Positions 1 through 9,127 of a stretch of 64,000 bases of DNA are shown here, in pieces. This stretch comes from an uncultured Candidatus Saccharibacteria bacterium (lineage in GTDB: Bacteria; Patescibacteriota; Minisyncoccia; Phycocordibacterales; Phycocordibacteraceae), in assembly GCA_964507275.1 (NCBI GenBank), contig CAZDPG010000001.1, positions 86,503 to 150,502 on the forward strand, written 5' to 3'. The notes below the pieces were generated by a model that had not been told where the DNA came from, searched no databases, and saw nothing but the letters and a program-made list of their open reading frames with translations. Position 1 is the first letter of the stretch; every line of letters begins with the position of its first letter. The translations under genes and the position numbers were made by a program.

Positions 1-621
1 GTCGGGGAGTGGCCGCTGCTGTTCCTGTTTTTCGCGTTGCGCTTTGCATCGTGGTTCAGTCTAGATTTTCTCATGCGTCGCCAGACCATCGCGAAAGAAG
101 AGTACTTGCTGTTCACCAGGGCGTGCTACCGAGAGTTAGGAGGATATGAAGCGTTTAAGAACGATTACCCTATGATATTAGCCTTGTTCAGGGCGGCATT
201 TAAGAAAGGGAAGCATGTCACCATCCTTGACGACGATACGAGGGAAATAACAGCGACGGCGTATGACGGATTCAAGGGAACCCTTAACGGAATCTCAGAG
301 AGAGTGAACTTTCGTCACGTCGGTGTTTTTTCTTTCTTAGGCATTTTTATCGCGATATCTTTCGCTATCGACGGTCTCTTCAAGATGGTGTCTGGTTTCC
401 TGACGGGAGATGGTCTCGCGCTCCTGACGGGGGTCGCGAGCTACCTTATTTTTGCAGGACTCTTCGGCGTGTACCTCGCCATGTCTCGTCAGCCAATCTT
501 CATCGCCGTGTTCGGTCCGCTGCTTGGTTTTAGTTTTCTGATGGCGAGTCTGTTTGCTGCCGTTCGGGCAATATTCGGCGTCTCCCTTCACTGGAAGGGT
601 CGCACGACGAAGGTCCAATAA
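1..621 (+). CDS. GT2-family glycosyltransferase C-terminal part (CrtQ/HpnB-like), 5'-truncated by window, degenerate catalytic motifs
   Basis: Frame is open from base 1. LLFTRACYRELGGYEAFK...LALFRAAFKKG...AYDGF matches the GT2 F-x-R-x-x-Y-x-x-x-GG / ED-x-x-L-x-R / R-M-Y region, followed by 3 TM helices. The ED motif is replaced by PM. Confidence 0.6.
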   Translation, partial: VGEWPLLFLFFALRFASWFSLDFLMRRQTIAKEEYLLFTRACYRELGGYEAFKNDYPMILALFRAAFKKGKHVTILDDDTREITATAYDGFKGTLNGISERVNFRHVGVFSFLGIFIAISFAIDGLFKMVSGFLTGDGLALLTGVASYLIFAGLFGVYLAMSRQPIFIAVFGPLLGFSFLMASLFAAVRAIFGVSLHWKGRTTKVQ

Positions 622-625
622 CATT

Positions 626-1462
626 ATGATCGAAGACGCTACGTTTAAACATCTCGTATCGCTCAGCAGTCCGAGATTATGGTTTTTCTCAGCAGCAACA
701 TTTCTCCTAGGGGTCGCTATGGGGCTGATGGTCTTTGGGAGTTCATCAGCGGTGGTTCCCACCTGGCATTTCGTCCTGTTTATCTTTTGGGCGATTTCCG
801 TAGGCATGGTGGCCGCGCTTTCGTATGCCCGGGAATCTCCCTCCATCGTCTTTCCCTGGGAGCTTATCGGTAACCTGAAGCATCTTGCGACAGGCACGAG
901 CAGATTGGAGAGAAGCGCGACCATCTCGTCGTTCATAAGCGGTGCCTTCCTGGTGTTGCTTCTCCTGGTTAACCTCGTTTCCCTGGACGGCAAGATATTC
1001 GTGTTGAGTCTCTGTTTGCTCGCCGCAGACTTTATCTATGATTCCCCCTATATCAGGGAACCGTATCGGTCCCGTGTTGCCGCGATGTATGGCGCGGTGC
1101 TGATAATCCCACTGCTTGTTGGGTATGTGTTCAGTACGCATGCCTGGCCGAACCTGGATCTCGTGGCGGCAGGAGTATGCTATGGCATTGCCATGGGAAT
1201 ATATGCGAACGCAGTCAGGGGTGAGTACTTTCTGCCAAAAAACACATCGCTCTATGCCAGTGCTCTCGCAAGTGTTGTATGCGGGTATATTCTTTCTCGG
1301 TACGACGTGTTCTATTCGTTAACCGTGTCCTCACTTCTCGTTGTACTCATACTGAGCGCTCTGGCGAAGGACAGCTCTAAGATGCACAAGATACATGATG
1401 TAGCCTTCTACTTTCATTTTGTGATAGGAACCCTCGTAGGGTTTCATTTCTTCACCGCGTAA
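626..1462 (+). CDS. UbiA-superfamily prenyltransferase-like multi-pass membrane protein (lycopene-elongase-like), Asp-rich motifs absent
   Basis: LSSPRLW resembles the SRP-x-x-W start and YDSPYIR resembles YSxPPxRxK; about 8-9 TM segments. ATG at 626 lies 4 nt after the upstream stop. Confidence 0.55.
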   Translation: MIEDATFKHLVSLSSPRLWFFSAATFLLGVAMGLMVFGSSSAVVPTWHFVLFIFWAISVGMVAALSYARESPSIVFPWELIGNLKHLATGTSRLERSATISSFISGAFLVLLLLVNLVSLDGKIFVLSLCLLAADFIYDSPYIREPYRSRVAAMYGAVLIIPLLVGYVFSTHAWPNLDLVAAGVCYGIAMGIYANAVRGEYFLPKNTSLYASALASVVCGYILSRYDVFYSLTVSSLLVVLILSALAKDSSKMHKIHDVAFYFHFVIGTLVGFHFFTA

Positions 1463-1470
1463 TTCGGCGT

Positions 1471-3087
1471 TTAGACGAGAGTGAACAGTAACAAACCGAG
1501 ACATATCCCAATTAGCAACCAATCGCCCGTCATGTGGTAGAGCGTCGTTCGCGGATGGTTCTCGAAGGTAAAAGAGCTTGTGAGGACACCGTCCTGGCCT
1601 GAATACATCTGAGAGGTTATTGCTCCACGCTGGTTGATGATGGCCGACGGTCCGGATCGGTCGGCTCGGATGACCGGCAGGTTATTTTCCGCAGCCCTGA
1701 ATTGCGCGCTCGCAAGAGTGAATTGGTCGGTCATTTCGTTGGCGAACATGGCATTCGAACCGACCGATAGGAAGATATTCGCTCCCTGTGCGTTCTCTCG
1801 CACGAGCGTGCGTTCGGTGATTTCGGAACAAATGGCACTTCCAAGGCGCATGTTGTCGAGAAGAATCGGTGACTGTTGCTGTGTCGCTCCAGTGATGTCG
1901 CGTCGCGTGGTATAGAACCCTCTATCCTTGGCCCACTGCGGCGTGTAGTCCATGTAGGGGAATACGATCTCTTTGATGTAGGACGCGTGGAGGTATCCGT
2001 TCTGCCAGGCGTGCACGACGTCATGAAGTGTCTCGGCATCGTTTGTCGTATTCCAGGCAACGAACGTTGCGTGGGGTACGGTTTTCGCCACCCACGCAGT
2101 AACACTTGAGAGGGGAGCGGTATCACGGTCGAGCGACACGAGCGTCGAACTTGCACTCAATGTGAAGTCTGCGAGCGCGTAAGGATAGATAATGATATCA
2201 GGCGATGACCGTCTGGCGGACTCAATGAGATCCTCTAATTTCTGGTACTGGAACGTGCCGGCAGCATCAAATGAGCCGAAGGCTCCACCCCACCGGTCGG
2301 CATTCTGTATAAGGGCGACTGAAATTGTCGAGGTCGGTTGGTCATGATGGAGATAATTGTCATGGGCAAAGACGCCAGCACCGAAGAAGACGACCGCACC
2401 GAGAGTACACGCTGCGATAGGAACGCAGTTCAGCATCCGTGTCTTCAAGGGGAGACCTTCATGTTGGAAGAACGTATAGAAAGTAATCGCAATGACCGCG
2501 TTGATAGCAAGGATGACGAATGAAACGAAATGGATACCGCCAATTGCAGATAAACTGACAAAGGAAGATAGTGTGTGGACTGAGAAGGCGAGGATGGAGA
2601 AATCATATCCTCTAGAAAAGAATCCAGATACCATCGTTACGGATACTTCGATAAGCGTGGAGAATAGCGGGAGCGCGAAAGCCAGATACAGAGGTGTCAG
2701 CTCATGAGATTTCTTCAGAAAGGTGATTCCCCTGATAGCGAGGACACCAATACTGCCAGTTATGACTCCACAGAAAAGTGCTAGCGGTAAGGGAAGAAGG
2801 CGCGCCACTGCCTGGAAGAGATGCGCCTCAGGGGTCAACGTAAAGCCAGAGAGGTTCCAGTAGGCGGCAGAAAGAGTAGGAAGGAAACTCACGAGGAATA
2901 TGCCCCAAAATAATGTAGTATGCTGCCCGTGCGTGCGGTATACGAAATAGAAGAATGGCGCGAGTGCCACGAATGCAAACGGCCAGAGATTGAAAGGGTA
3001 AGTGGTAAGTAACAGTAAGAGTGCCGACAGAATCGGGAGGAGTAAATCAAAATTCTTCTTTACTGCAAAGGACAGTCTCGATGTCAT
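1471..3087 (-). CDS. Apolipoprotein N-acyltransferase (Lnt)-like protein, copy 2
   Basis: N-terminal TM bundle (WPFAFVALAP, GGIHFVSF), VALIQN, YIKEIVFPYMDY, AICSEI, FRAAENNLPVIRADRSGPSAII, TLYHMTGDW. The WPE motif appears as YPY. Confidence 0.85.
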   Translation of the reverse strand: MTSRLSFAVKKNFDLLLPILSALLLLLTTYPFNLWPFAFVALAPFFYFVYRTHGQHTTLFWGIFLVSFLPTLSAAYWNLSGFTLTPEAHLFQAVARLLPLPLALFCGVITGSIGVLAIRGITFLKKSHELTPLYLAFALPLFSTLIEVSVTMVSGFFSRGYDFSILAFSVHTLSSFVSLSAIGGIHFVSFVILAINAVIAITFYTFFQHEGLPLKTRMLNCVPIAACTLGAVVFFGAGVFAHDNYLHHDQPTSTISVALIQNADRWGGAFGSFDAAGTFQYQKLEDLIESARRSSPDIIIYPYALADFTLSASSTLVSLDRDTAPLSSVTAWVAKTVPHATFVAWNTTNDAETLHDVVHAWQNGYLHASYIKEIVFPYMDYTPQWAKDRGFYTTRRDITGATQQQSPILLDNMRLGSAICSEITERTLVRENAQGANIFLSVGSNAMFANEMTDQFTLASAQFRAAENNLPVIRADRSGPSAIINQRGAITSQMYSGQDGVLTSSFTFENHPRTTLYHMTGDWLLIGICLGLLLFTLV

Positions 3088-4616
3088 AAGACCAAGAGAA
3101 GCAAAGAGATAATCCCGCCAAACACGAACAGGGCATCTCCGGTCAGGCTGTAAAGCGTCTTTCGCGGCTGCTCCTCATACGGGACGTTAGTGACAAACAC
3201 GCCATCTGCTTCATAGGATGTCTTTTGTATGATGCGTCCGTCGGAAGTGATGAATCCAGATGGTCCGAAGCGGTTTGCCCGCACGATGGCGGCATTGTTT
3301 TCAGCTGCCCTGAATTGCGCACTCGCGAGGTCGAACTCTGCGGCAAAACTGTCGCTGAACATTGCGTCAGAGCCTATCGAGAAGAGGATGTTCGCGTGTC
3401 GCGCATTGTTCCGGATAGTCTCTGCAGAGTTAATCTCTGAGCAAACAGCACTCGCGATTCGTGCATCAGAGAACTCGAAGGTCTGCTGCTGCGAATCCCC
3501 CGGGATTTCGTCGACAACGGTGCTGTAGAGACCGATACGCTGCGCCCATTGCGGGGTGTAATCCATGAACGGAAAGAGATTTGTCTTCTGATATGCGCTC
3601 ACGATGCTTCCGTGATGCCAGTACCCTATTTCATTAGAAAAGCCGTCGCTTTTCTCCACAGTGTTCCATGTCACGAGAGTGGTGCTCCCGAGTGTGGTGG
3701 CCGCCCAGGCGCTGAACTCGTCGAGAGGAGCAGTCGCGACAAACGGTGAGGATGACGTGGATGTGGTGAGTATCTCTTTTGATACAGAGAATGGATAGAT
3801 GATGATTGTGGGAACAGGATCTGAATCCCGCGCTTCGCGTATAAGTGATGCAAGTTTGCCGAACGAGAACTCATGTCCCTCGAATGTTCCGAACGCATTC
3901 TGTTGCCGGTCGTTGTTTTGCAGTACCGCGACAGCAACCGTCTGCTCGGTCTGTCCTTGCCTGAGGTACACCGTGTTGGCGAGAAAGAGGGCGATGATGA
4001 CTCCTATAGTGCCCGCCGTCAGGACGAGATAACGCTGTCGCGGGAACGCGACTTCTCCTCGTAAGATAAGTATTAAGAAAGCAACGAATACATTACAAAG
4101 GATCACGATCATCGAGACGGTATGAATACCGCCGAGTGCCGCGAGACTTACGAGGAACGGGATCGAGACAGTCGTATGAGCGAGTATACCGAGATTGTAT
4201 CCACCCGTACCGAACGTAATGAGCCATTCAACAAGTGCCCAGAGCAGGGCGAGTATGAAGATATTCTTCGCGCTCGAGGCCGTGCGCAGTTTCGTGGCAT
4301 AGAGCAGGATTGCTCCGCCAAAAAGCAAGCCTATGGCAAGCGCAATCGGAAGAGATGTCCACCGGATTATCGTCTGGAAGAAGTGCGCCTCGGGGAGCCA
4401 GGTGAAATTCATGACTGTGTCCGACATGAGCGCGAGTGGGAAGAGGAATCCTGTTGTGAAGCCGCTTAGAAATATCCTCGTGTATGCTACCGGATTCTTC
4501 TCCGTGAAATAAATGAGCGGTACGAGCGCGACGAACCCAAGCGGCCAGATATGAAAAGGGTAAAAGCTTACGATAAGAAGCAGCGTCGAGGACAACGGGA
4601 ATAAGAGCCACTTCAT
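3084..4616 (-). CDS. Apolipoprotein N-acyltransferase (Lnt)-like protein, copy 1
   Basis: WPLGFVALVPL, VAVLQN, YQKTNLFPFMDY, AVCSEI, FRAAENNAAIVRANRFGPSGFI, TLYSLTGD. The WPE motif appears as YPF. 4-nt start/stop overlaps with both neighbours. Confidence 0.85.
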   Translation of the reverse strand: MKWLLFPLSSTLLLIVSFYPFHIWPLGFVALVPLIYFTEKNPVAYTRIFLSGFTTGFLFPLALMSDTVMNFTWLPEAHFFQTIIRWTSLPIALAIGLLFGGAILLYATKLRTASSAKNIFILALLWALVEWLITFGTGGYNLGILAHTTVSIPFLVSLAALGGIHTVSMIVILCNVFVAFLILILRGEVAFPRQRYLVLTAGTIGVIIALFLANTVYLRQGQTEQTVAVAVLQNNDRQQNAFGTFEGHEFSFGKLASLIREARDSDPVPTIIIYPFSVSKEILTTSTSSSPFVATAPLDEFSAWAATTLGSTTLVTWNTVEKSDGFSNEIGYWHHGSIVSAYQKTNLFPFMDYTPQWAQRIGLYSTVVDEIPGDSQQQTFEFSDARIASAVCSEINSAETIRNNARHANILFSIGSDAMFSDSFAAEFDLASAQFRAAENNAAIVRANRFGPSGFITSDGRIIQKTSYEADGVFVTNVPYEEQPRKTLYSLTGDALFVFGGIISLLLLVL

Positions 4617-5869
4617 GAGAGGTGATTTATGAATCTCTTTAGTTTCGTCGTCTTCGACGAAAGTGCTTCAACGAACTCAACAGTCGGTTCGACAAAAAGC
4701 TTCTTCTCGATAGCGTCGGCAATCGTGACATTCGTACCGACACGAAGTTTCTTGAGAGTGGCTATAATCTGCGGTTGTATGTGGCTCCGAAACGCGTCGG
4801 TGGCAGCGAACCTTGTTTTCTCGATCTCGATGACGATACGGGCAGCTGCTCCATCGGTGGGATGGAAATGAAGCTGATACTGAGTGCCGATGAGAGGAGT
4901 GAGGGGCAGAAAGGCCCTTTCCACGTCTTCGAGAAGGATCTCGATGCCGTTGATACGCAGGCGATCAACATCCTCGCGTCCATACCATGCAAGAGTCGGT
5001 CCGGGGAGGCCGCAGGGACAGGGCGGCAACTCGCTGAAATAGTCACCCGTACGGTAGCGGATGAGTGGGAAGACGGTGTTCTTAAAAGAGGTGATGACGA
5101 GCTCGTTATCGATAAGTTCAGTGACGGCTATGTCGTCATGGATGGTGTGGAAGTAGGACTTCTTCTCGGCGAGCATTTTTTGGCATGGGAAGAAAATGTG
5201 TCGCCCAATCTCTGATGAGCCATACGTATTTGCGAGTGTTGCGTTCGGATAAAGAGAAGCGAGCTCCTCGCGTCGCGCTTCAGTGAGTGTCTCTGAACAG
5301 AGGACAATGAGTCTGATGGCTTCGGTCGAGTAGTGCTCTTTCAGGTGCGGAGCGAGAAGTACTGCGATGGTCGGTGTGGCGTAGAGCGCATCCGGCTCAG
5401 TCTCTTTGGCGATGAGGGCGCTATTAGCAAGATTCTGATAGTCAGCCGAGATGGGGAACACCGGACGCGGCGATTCCTGACACATCTGCACGAACATAGG
5501 ACCGAAGTTCTTGTTGAAGGGAGGATAGGTTACCAGAATCCTGTGTACATCCATACCGAGCGTCGGATCGTACTTGTAGGCATCCAACAGTTTATGGAAC
5601 GAAATGACGGGTTTTGAGCCCGTGGTGCCTGAGGTATAGGCGATAAAGCCAATCTCTCCTTCCGGGGCGTAGAGCCTCGCAAGCGGAGGCGTTTCCTCAA
5701 GCTCTTTGCGGGTGAGAAAGGGGAGCGAGGAGAATTTCTCGGGGTCGAGGATATCCTTTTCGGAGAAACCGGCCGCCACATATTTCTCACGGTAGAAGTT
5801 ACTGAGGGGACTGTGCCATATACGGGACAGTTCTTTCTGGAGAGGTATCTCAGGGTTGGGGAAATACAT
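4613..5869 (-). CDS. Phenylacetate-CoA ligase (PaaK)-family adenylate-forming enzyme
   Basis: LPFLTRKEL, P-loop YTSGTTG, YGSSE, PLIRYRTGD, CPCG, GR-x-D and a C-terminal K (KLKRF). Confidence 0.85.
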   Translation of the reverse strand: MYFPNPEIPLQKELSRIWHSPLSNFYREKYVAAGFSEKDILDPEKFSSLPFLTRKELEETPPLARLYAPEGEIGFIAYTSGTTGSKPVISFHKLLDAYKYDPTLGMDVHRILVTYPPFNKNFGPMFVQMCQESPRPVFPISADYQNLANSALIAKETEPDALYATPTIAVLLAPHLKEHYSTEAIRLIVLCSETLTEARREELASLYPNATLANTYGSSEIGRHIFFPCQKMLAEKKSYFHTIHDDIAVTELIDNELVITSFKNTVFPLIRYRTGDYFSELPPCPCGLPGPTLAWYGREDVDRLRINGIEILLEDVERAFLPLTPLIGTQYQLHFHPTDGAAARIVIEIEKTRFAATDAFRSHIQPQIIATLKKLRVGTNVTIADAIEKKLFVEPTVEFVEALSSKTTKLKRFINHLS

Positions 5870-5941
5870 GATTCTGACGGATGCCGGTCATTATAACGCA
5901 TGACCTTCCAAGAATTATGGACGTATGGTAGGATGGCCGGA

Positions 5942-6193
5942 ATGAAAGCAGATATACATCCGAACGATTATCGCCAGGTCATATTCGAGGATATGGCTTC
6001 CGGCGCGCGTTTCCTCATCGGTTCGACGGTTCACACGACCGAGACCGCTCTCTGGGACGATAAGAAAGAGTACCCGAAGCTCACGGTAGAAATTTCTTCG
6101 CAGTCGCACCCATTCTATACCGGCGAAGAGCGCACGCTCGATAAGGCAGGTCGTGTGGAGAAGTTCAAACAGCGCGCCGCAGCAAAAAAGTAA
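5942..6193 (+). CDS. rpmE2: 50S ribosomal protein L31 type B (zinc-independent)
   Basis: MKADIHP...EISSQSHPFYTG...DKAGRVEKFK; no Cys. Confidence 0.95.
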   Translation: MKADIHPNDYRQVIFEDMASGARFLIGSTVHTTETALWDDKKEYPKLTVEISSQSHPFYTGEERTLDKAGRVEKFKQRAAAKK

Positions 6194-6194
6194 G

Positions 6195-6233
6195 AGCAGA
6201 AAAATCGGACACCAAGTGTCCGATTTTTCTGCT
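6195..6233 (+). terminator. Perfect 18-bp hairpin after rpmE2, overlapping the prfA -10
   Basis: AGCAGAAAAATCGGACAC-CAA-GTGTCCGATTTTTCTGCT. Confidence 0.75.
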
Positions 6234-6244
6234 ATCCTGCCCCT

Positions 6245-7204
6245 ATGGAATATTCTCCTGAATTCAAGAAGAACTTCGCAACCGCGTATCTCGCGGAGGA
6301 GTACGAGCGCCTCATGAAGGAGGCGGCTGAGGGAGTCGAGGCAGCGGGCGATGACGCTGATCTCGCGCGAATGGCAGAAGAGGATAGCGCACGCATCCGT
6401 GCGCGCCAAGCAGACATTTTGACAGAAATTGCCCAGATCCTAGCGAAGGAGAAAGAGCAGGAAGATACCGCGGCGCCAATATCGGTTGTGATGGAGTTGC
6501 GTGCGGGGACCGGCGGAGATGAAGCGTCCATTTTCGCGCACGAGCTGAAGGATATGTATCAGAAATATGCCGAGCGCCGCGGATGGAAAACGCGCATCAT
6601 CGACGATCTGACGCTCGAAGTTGCCGGGGACGGTGCATACGACGCGCTCCGCTACGAGACGGGTGTGCACCGGGTGCAGCGTGTACCGCTCACCGAGAAG
6701 TCAGGCCGTATTCATACATCGACCGCTTCTATCGCTGTGCTCCCGATACGCGCGAAGCCGAAGTTCAACGTCAATCCGACCGATATCGATATGGAATTCT
6801 CTCGCAGTGGTGGCGCAGGCGGACAGAACGTGAACAAGGTGGAAACCGCTGTGCGGCTCATCCACAAGCCGACCGGTATCGACGTGCGTTCGTCTTCCGA
6901 GCGCAGCCAGCTCGGGAACCGCGAGAAAGCGATGCAGATACTCTGCGCGAAACTCGAGCAATTGCACGAAGAGGAGGAGGCGCGCAAGCATGCGGCCGAG
7001 CGCAAGTCCCAGATCGGCACCGGCGACCGTTCCGAGAAGATCCGTACCTATAATTATCTCCAGGATCGCATCACGGATCACCGGTTGAAGGAGTCCTGGC
7101 ACAATCTGCCAAAAATCATGCTGGGCGACCTCGATAGCATCATCGAATCGCTCAGCTCTGCCGTCGCGAATGGCGGGATAGGAGAAGCGTCCTCGGACGA
7201 ATGA
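6245..7204 (+). CDS. prfA: Peptide chain release factor 1 (shortened domain 1)
   Basis: [20 protein letters not shown] (PxT), [14 protein letters not shown]. Confidence 0.95.
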   Translation: MEYSPEFKKNFATAYLAEEYERLMKEAAEGVEAAGDDADLARMAEEDSARIRARQADILTEIAQILAKEKEQEDTAAPISVVMELRAGTGGDEASIFAHELKDMYQKYAERRGWKTRIIDDLTLEVAGDGAYDALRYETGVHRVQRVPLTEKSGRIHTSTASIAVLPIRAKPKFNVNPTDIDMEFSRSGGAGGQNVNKVETAVRLIHKPTGIDVRSSSERSQLGNREKAMQILCAKLEQLHEEEEARKHAAERKSQIGTGDRSEKIRTYNYLQDRITDHRLKESWHNLPKIMLGDLDSIIESLSSAVANGGIGEASSDE

Positions 7205-7213
7205 CGCCAGCGC

Positions 7214-7242
7214 TTGCATCCCGGTCACTATTCAGGTACAGT
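7214..7242 (+). promoter_or_regulatory. Sigma70-type promoter of rpsB (leaderless spacing)
   Basis: TTGCAT-17 nt-TACAGT, 8 nt before the ATG. Confidence 0.65.
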
Positions 7243-7250
7243 AGCTGGAA

Positions 7251-7949
7251 ATGACCGGTATAACCGACACGGCAGGACTGAAGCGCCTCTTCGACACAGG
7301 GGCGCATTTCGCGCAGGTGAAAGCGCGCCGTCACCCATCCATGAAGCCGTTCCTCGTAGGCACGAAGGGCCGCCAGGAGATCATCGATCTCGCGAAGACC
7401 TCTGAGCAGCTCGAGGCTGCAAAGAGTGTCATGGAGACGCTCGCAAAGGAAGGGAAGACCATCCTCTTCGTCGGCGGGAAAGTCGAAGTCGCCGCGATTG
7501 TGAAGAAAGCAGCGCAGGATATCAACGCGCCGTACGTCGCGACACGCTGGCTCGGCGGGACCATTTCCAACTGGGTTGAAATCAAGAAGCGTATTGACCG
7601 CCTCGCGGAGCTTTCTGATACGGGAGCGGCTGGTGCTATGGCGAAGCAGCACACGAAACTCGAGCTCGTGATGATGGATCGCGAGAAGAAGCGTCTTGAG
7701 GAGCGCCTCGACGGCATCACGACGCTCACGAAGCGTCCGGATGTCTTGCTCGTCGTCGACACCAAGCATGAGAAGTACGCGGTCAAGGAGGCGAATGAAG
7801 CAGGCATTCCGATCATTGCGCTCATGAGCTCGGATTGCAACTTCAAAGAGGTCGCGTATCCGATTGTCGCAAATGACGCATCGCGCGAGACTGTGCGGCT
7901 CGTGCTCGGAGAGCTCGTCGAAGCGTTCAAGAAGGGACAGGTTGCGTAA
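7251..7949 (+). CDS. rpsB: 30S ribosomal protein S2
   Basis: GAHF, HPSMKPF, RWLGGT, IVANDAS. Confidence 0.96.
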   Translation: MTGITDTAGLKRLFDTGAHFAQVKARRHPSMKPFLVGTKGRQEIIDLAKTSEQLEAAKSVMETLAKEGKTILFVGGKVEVAAIVKKAAQDINAPYVATRWLGGTISNWVEIKKRIDRLAELSDTGAAGAMAKQHTKLELVMMDREKKRLEERLDGITTLTKRPDVLLVVDTKHEKYAVKEANEAGIPIIALMSSDCNFKEVAYPIVANDASRETVRLVLGELVEAFKKGQVA

Positions 7950-8036
7950 CTTCATTACCAAACCTCGTTTGCCGCGAGCAGGCGACGTCTAGTGCGCTTC
8001 CGCTACAATTTTACGTGTTACTATTTTACGATACCT

Positions 8037-8621
8037 ATGGAAATTACGACTGAAATCATCAAGGAATTGCGAGATAAGACTGGCGTTTCTATTATGCAGT
8101 GCAAGAAGGCTCTCGAGGAGGCGGCCGGCGATCTGGCGCAGGCAGAAGTAATACTCAGAAGGCACTCGGCTGCTTCTGCCGAGAAGAAAGCAGACCGCGA
8201 GCTTGCCGCAGGCGCTATCGGGAGCTACGTCCATGACGGTGCGGTCGGCGCTATGGTGCTCCTCTCCTGCGAGACTGACTTCGTCGCTAAGAACCCGGAG
8301 TTCATCGCGCTTGCTCGCGAGCTCGCGATGCAGGTCGCTGCAACGAATCCTTCGTATGCGACGGTCGATGATGTGCCGCAGGATGCGAAGGATGCCGCAA
8401 CCGCCGTCTTCGAGAAGGAAGTCGTTGGCAAGCCTGCCGATATGCAGGCAAAGATACTCGAAGGCAAGCTCTCGAGTTACTTCTCCGATCAAGTTCTGCT
8501 TGAGCAGGCGTTCATCAAGGACGAGAGCAAGACGATACATGGTCTCCTGAACGAGGCGACGCAAAAGTTCGGAGAGCGCGTCCTCATAAGCCGCTTCGCG
8601 CGCCTCTCCACGCGCTCGTAA
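8037..8621 (+). CDS. tsf: Elongation factor Ts (short form)
   Basis: IKELRDKTGVSIMQCKKAL, CETDFVA, LAMQVAA. Confidence 0.96.
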   Translation: MEITTEIIKELRDKTGVSIMQCKKALEEAAGDLAQAEVILRRHSAASAEKKADRELAAGAIGSYVHDGAVGAMVLLSCETDFVAKNPEFIALARELAMQVAATNPSYATVDDVPQDAKDAATAVFEKEVVGKPADMQAKILEGKLSSYFSDQVLLEQAFIKDESKTIHGLLNEATQKFGERVLISRFARLSTRS

Positions 8622-8627
8622 CTCTCC

Positions 8628-9041
8628 GTGGCGAACCTCATCTCGCTATCGATCGCGCTCGCACTCCTCGCCGGATTCATCGCACTTACGCGTTATGAGG
8701 CGAAACGGGGAGTCCGTTTCTTCGCGGCCAAGCGAACATGGCTCGATGAGGGAATCGAACGTATCGAGTTCATCGTGGAGCATGTCGACCTCATAGCGTT
8801 CGCTCGGGACGAAGTGCGCCACGCGATGACCCGTCTCGGGCATGCAATCGCACATCTCTCGCTGCAGGCGGTGCGCTCGGCGGAACGTCTGCTTACCCGC
8901 CTCGTGCGCTATCTGCGCGTGCAGCATGAGGACGAGGTCGCACCGCGCGAGACCGCCCGAGAATTCGTGAAGACCCTTTCCGAATTCAAGGATGGCCTGA
9001 ACGCGACGCATCCCGATATTGATTCGCTTGAGGTAAAATAG
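8628..9041 (+). CDS. Hypothetical membrane-anchored protein
   Basis: GTG start 6 nt after tsf, N-terminal TM helix, host-like codon usage. Confidence 0.7.
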   Translation: MANLISLSIALALLAGFIALTRYEAKRGVRFFAAKRTWLDEGIERIEFIVEHVDLIAFARDEVRHAMTRLGHAIAHLSLQAVRSAERLLTRLVRYLRVQHEDEVAPRETAREFVKTLSEFKDGLNATHPDIDSLEVK

Positions 9042-9049
9042 AGAAGTAA

Positions 9050-9125
9050 GCCGGAGTAGCTCAGTTGGTAGAGCAACTCACTTGTAATGAGTAGGTCGTC
9101 GGTCCGAATCCGACCTCCGGCTCCA
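9050..9125 (+). tRNA. tRNA-Thr(TGT)
   Basis: Cloverleaf with GCCGGAG/CTCCGGC acceptor, GCTC/GAGC D-stem, ACTCA-CTTGTAA-TGAGT anticodon arm, GTCGG-TCCGAAT-CCGAC T arm and encoded CCA. Confidence 0.96.
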
Positions 9126-9127
9126 AA

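Noticed and set aside
9050-9125. tRNA-Thr as an integration site
   Set aside because: No integrase and no duplicated tRNA 3' end were seen in the window.
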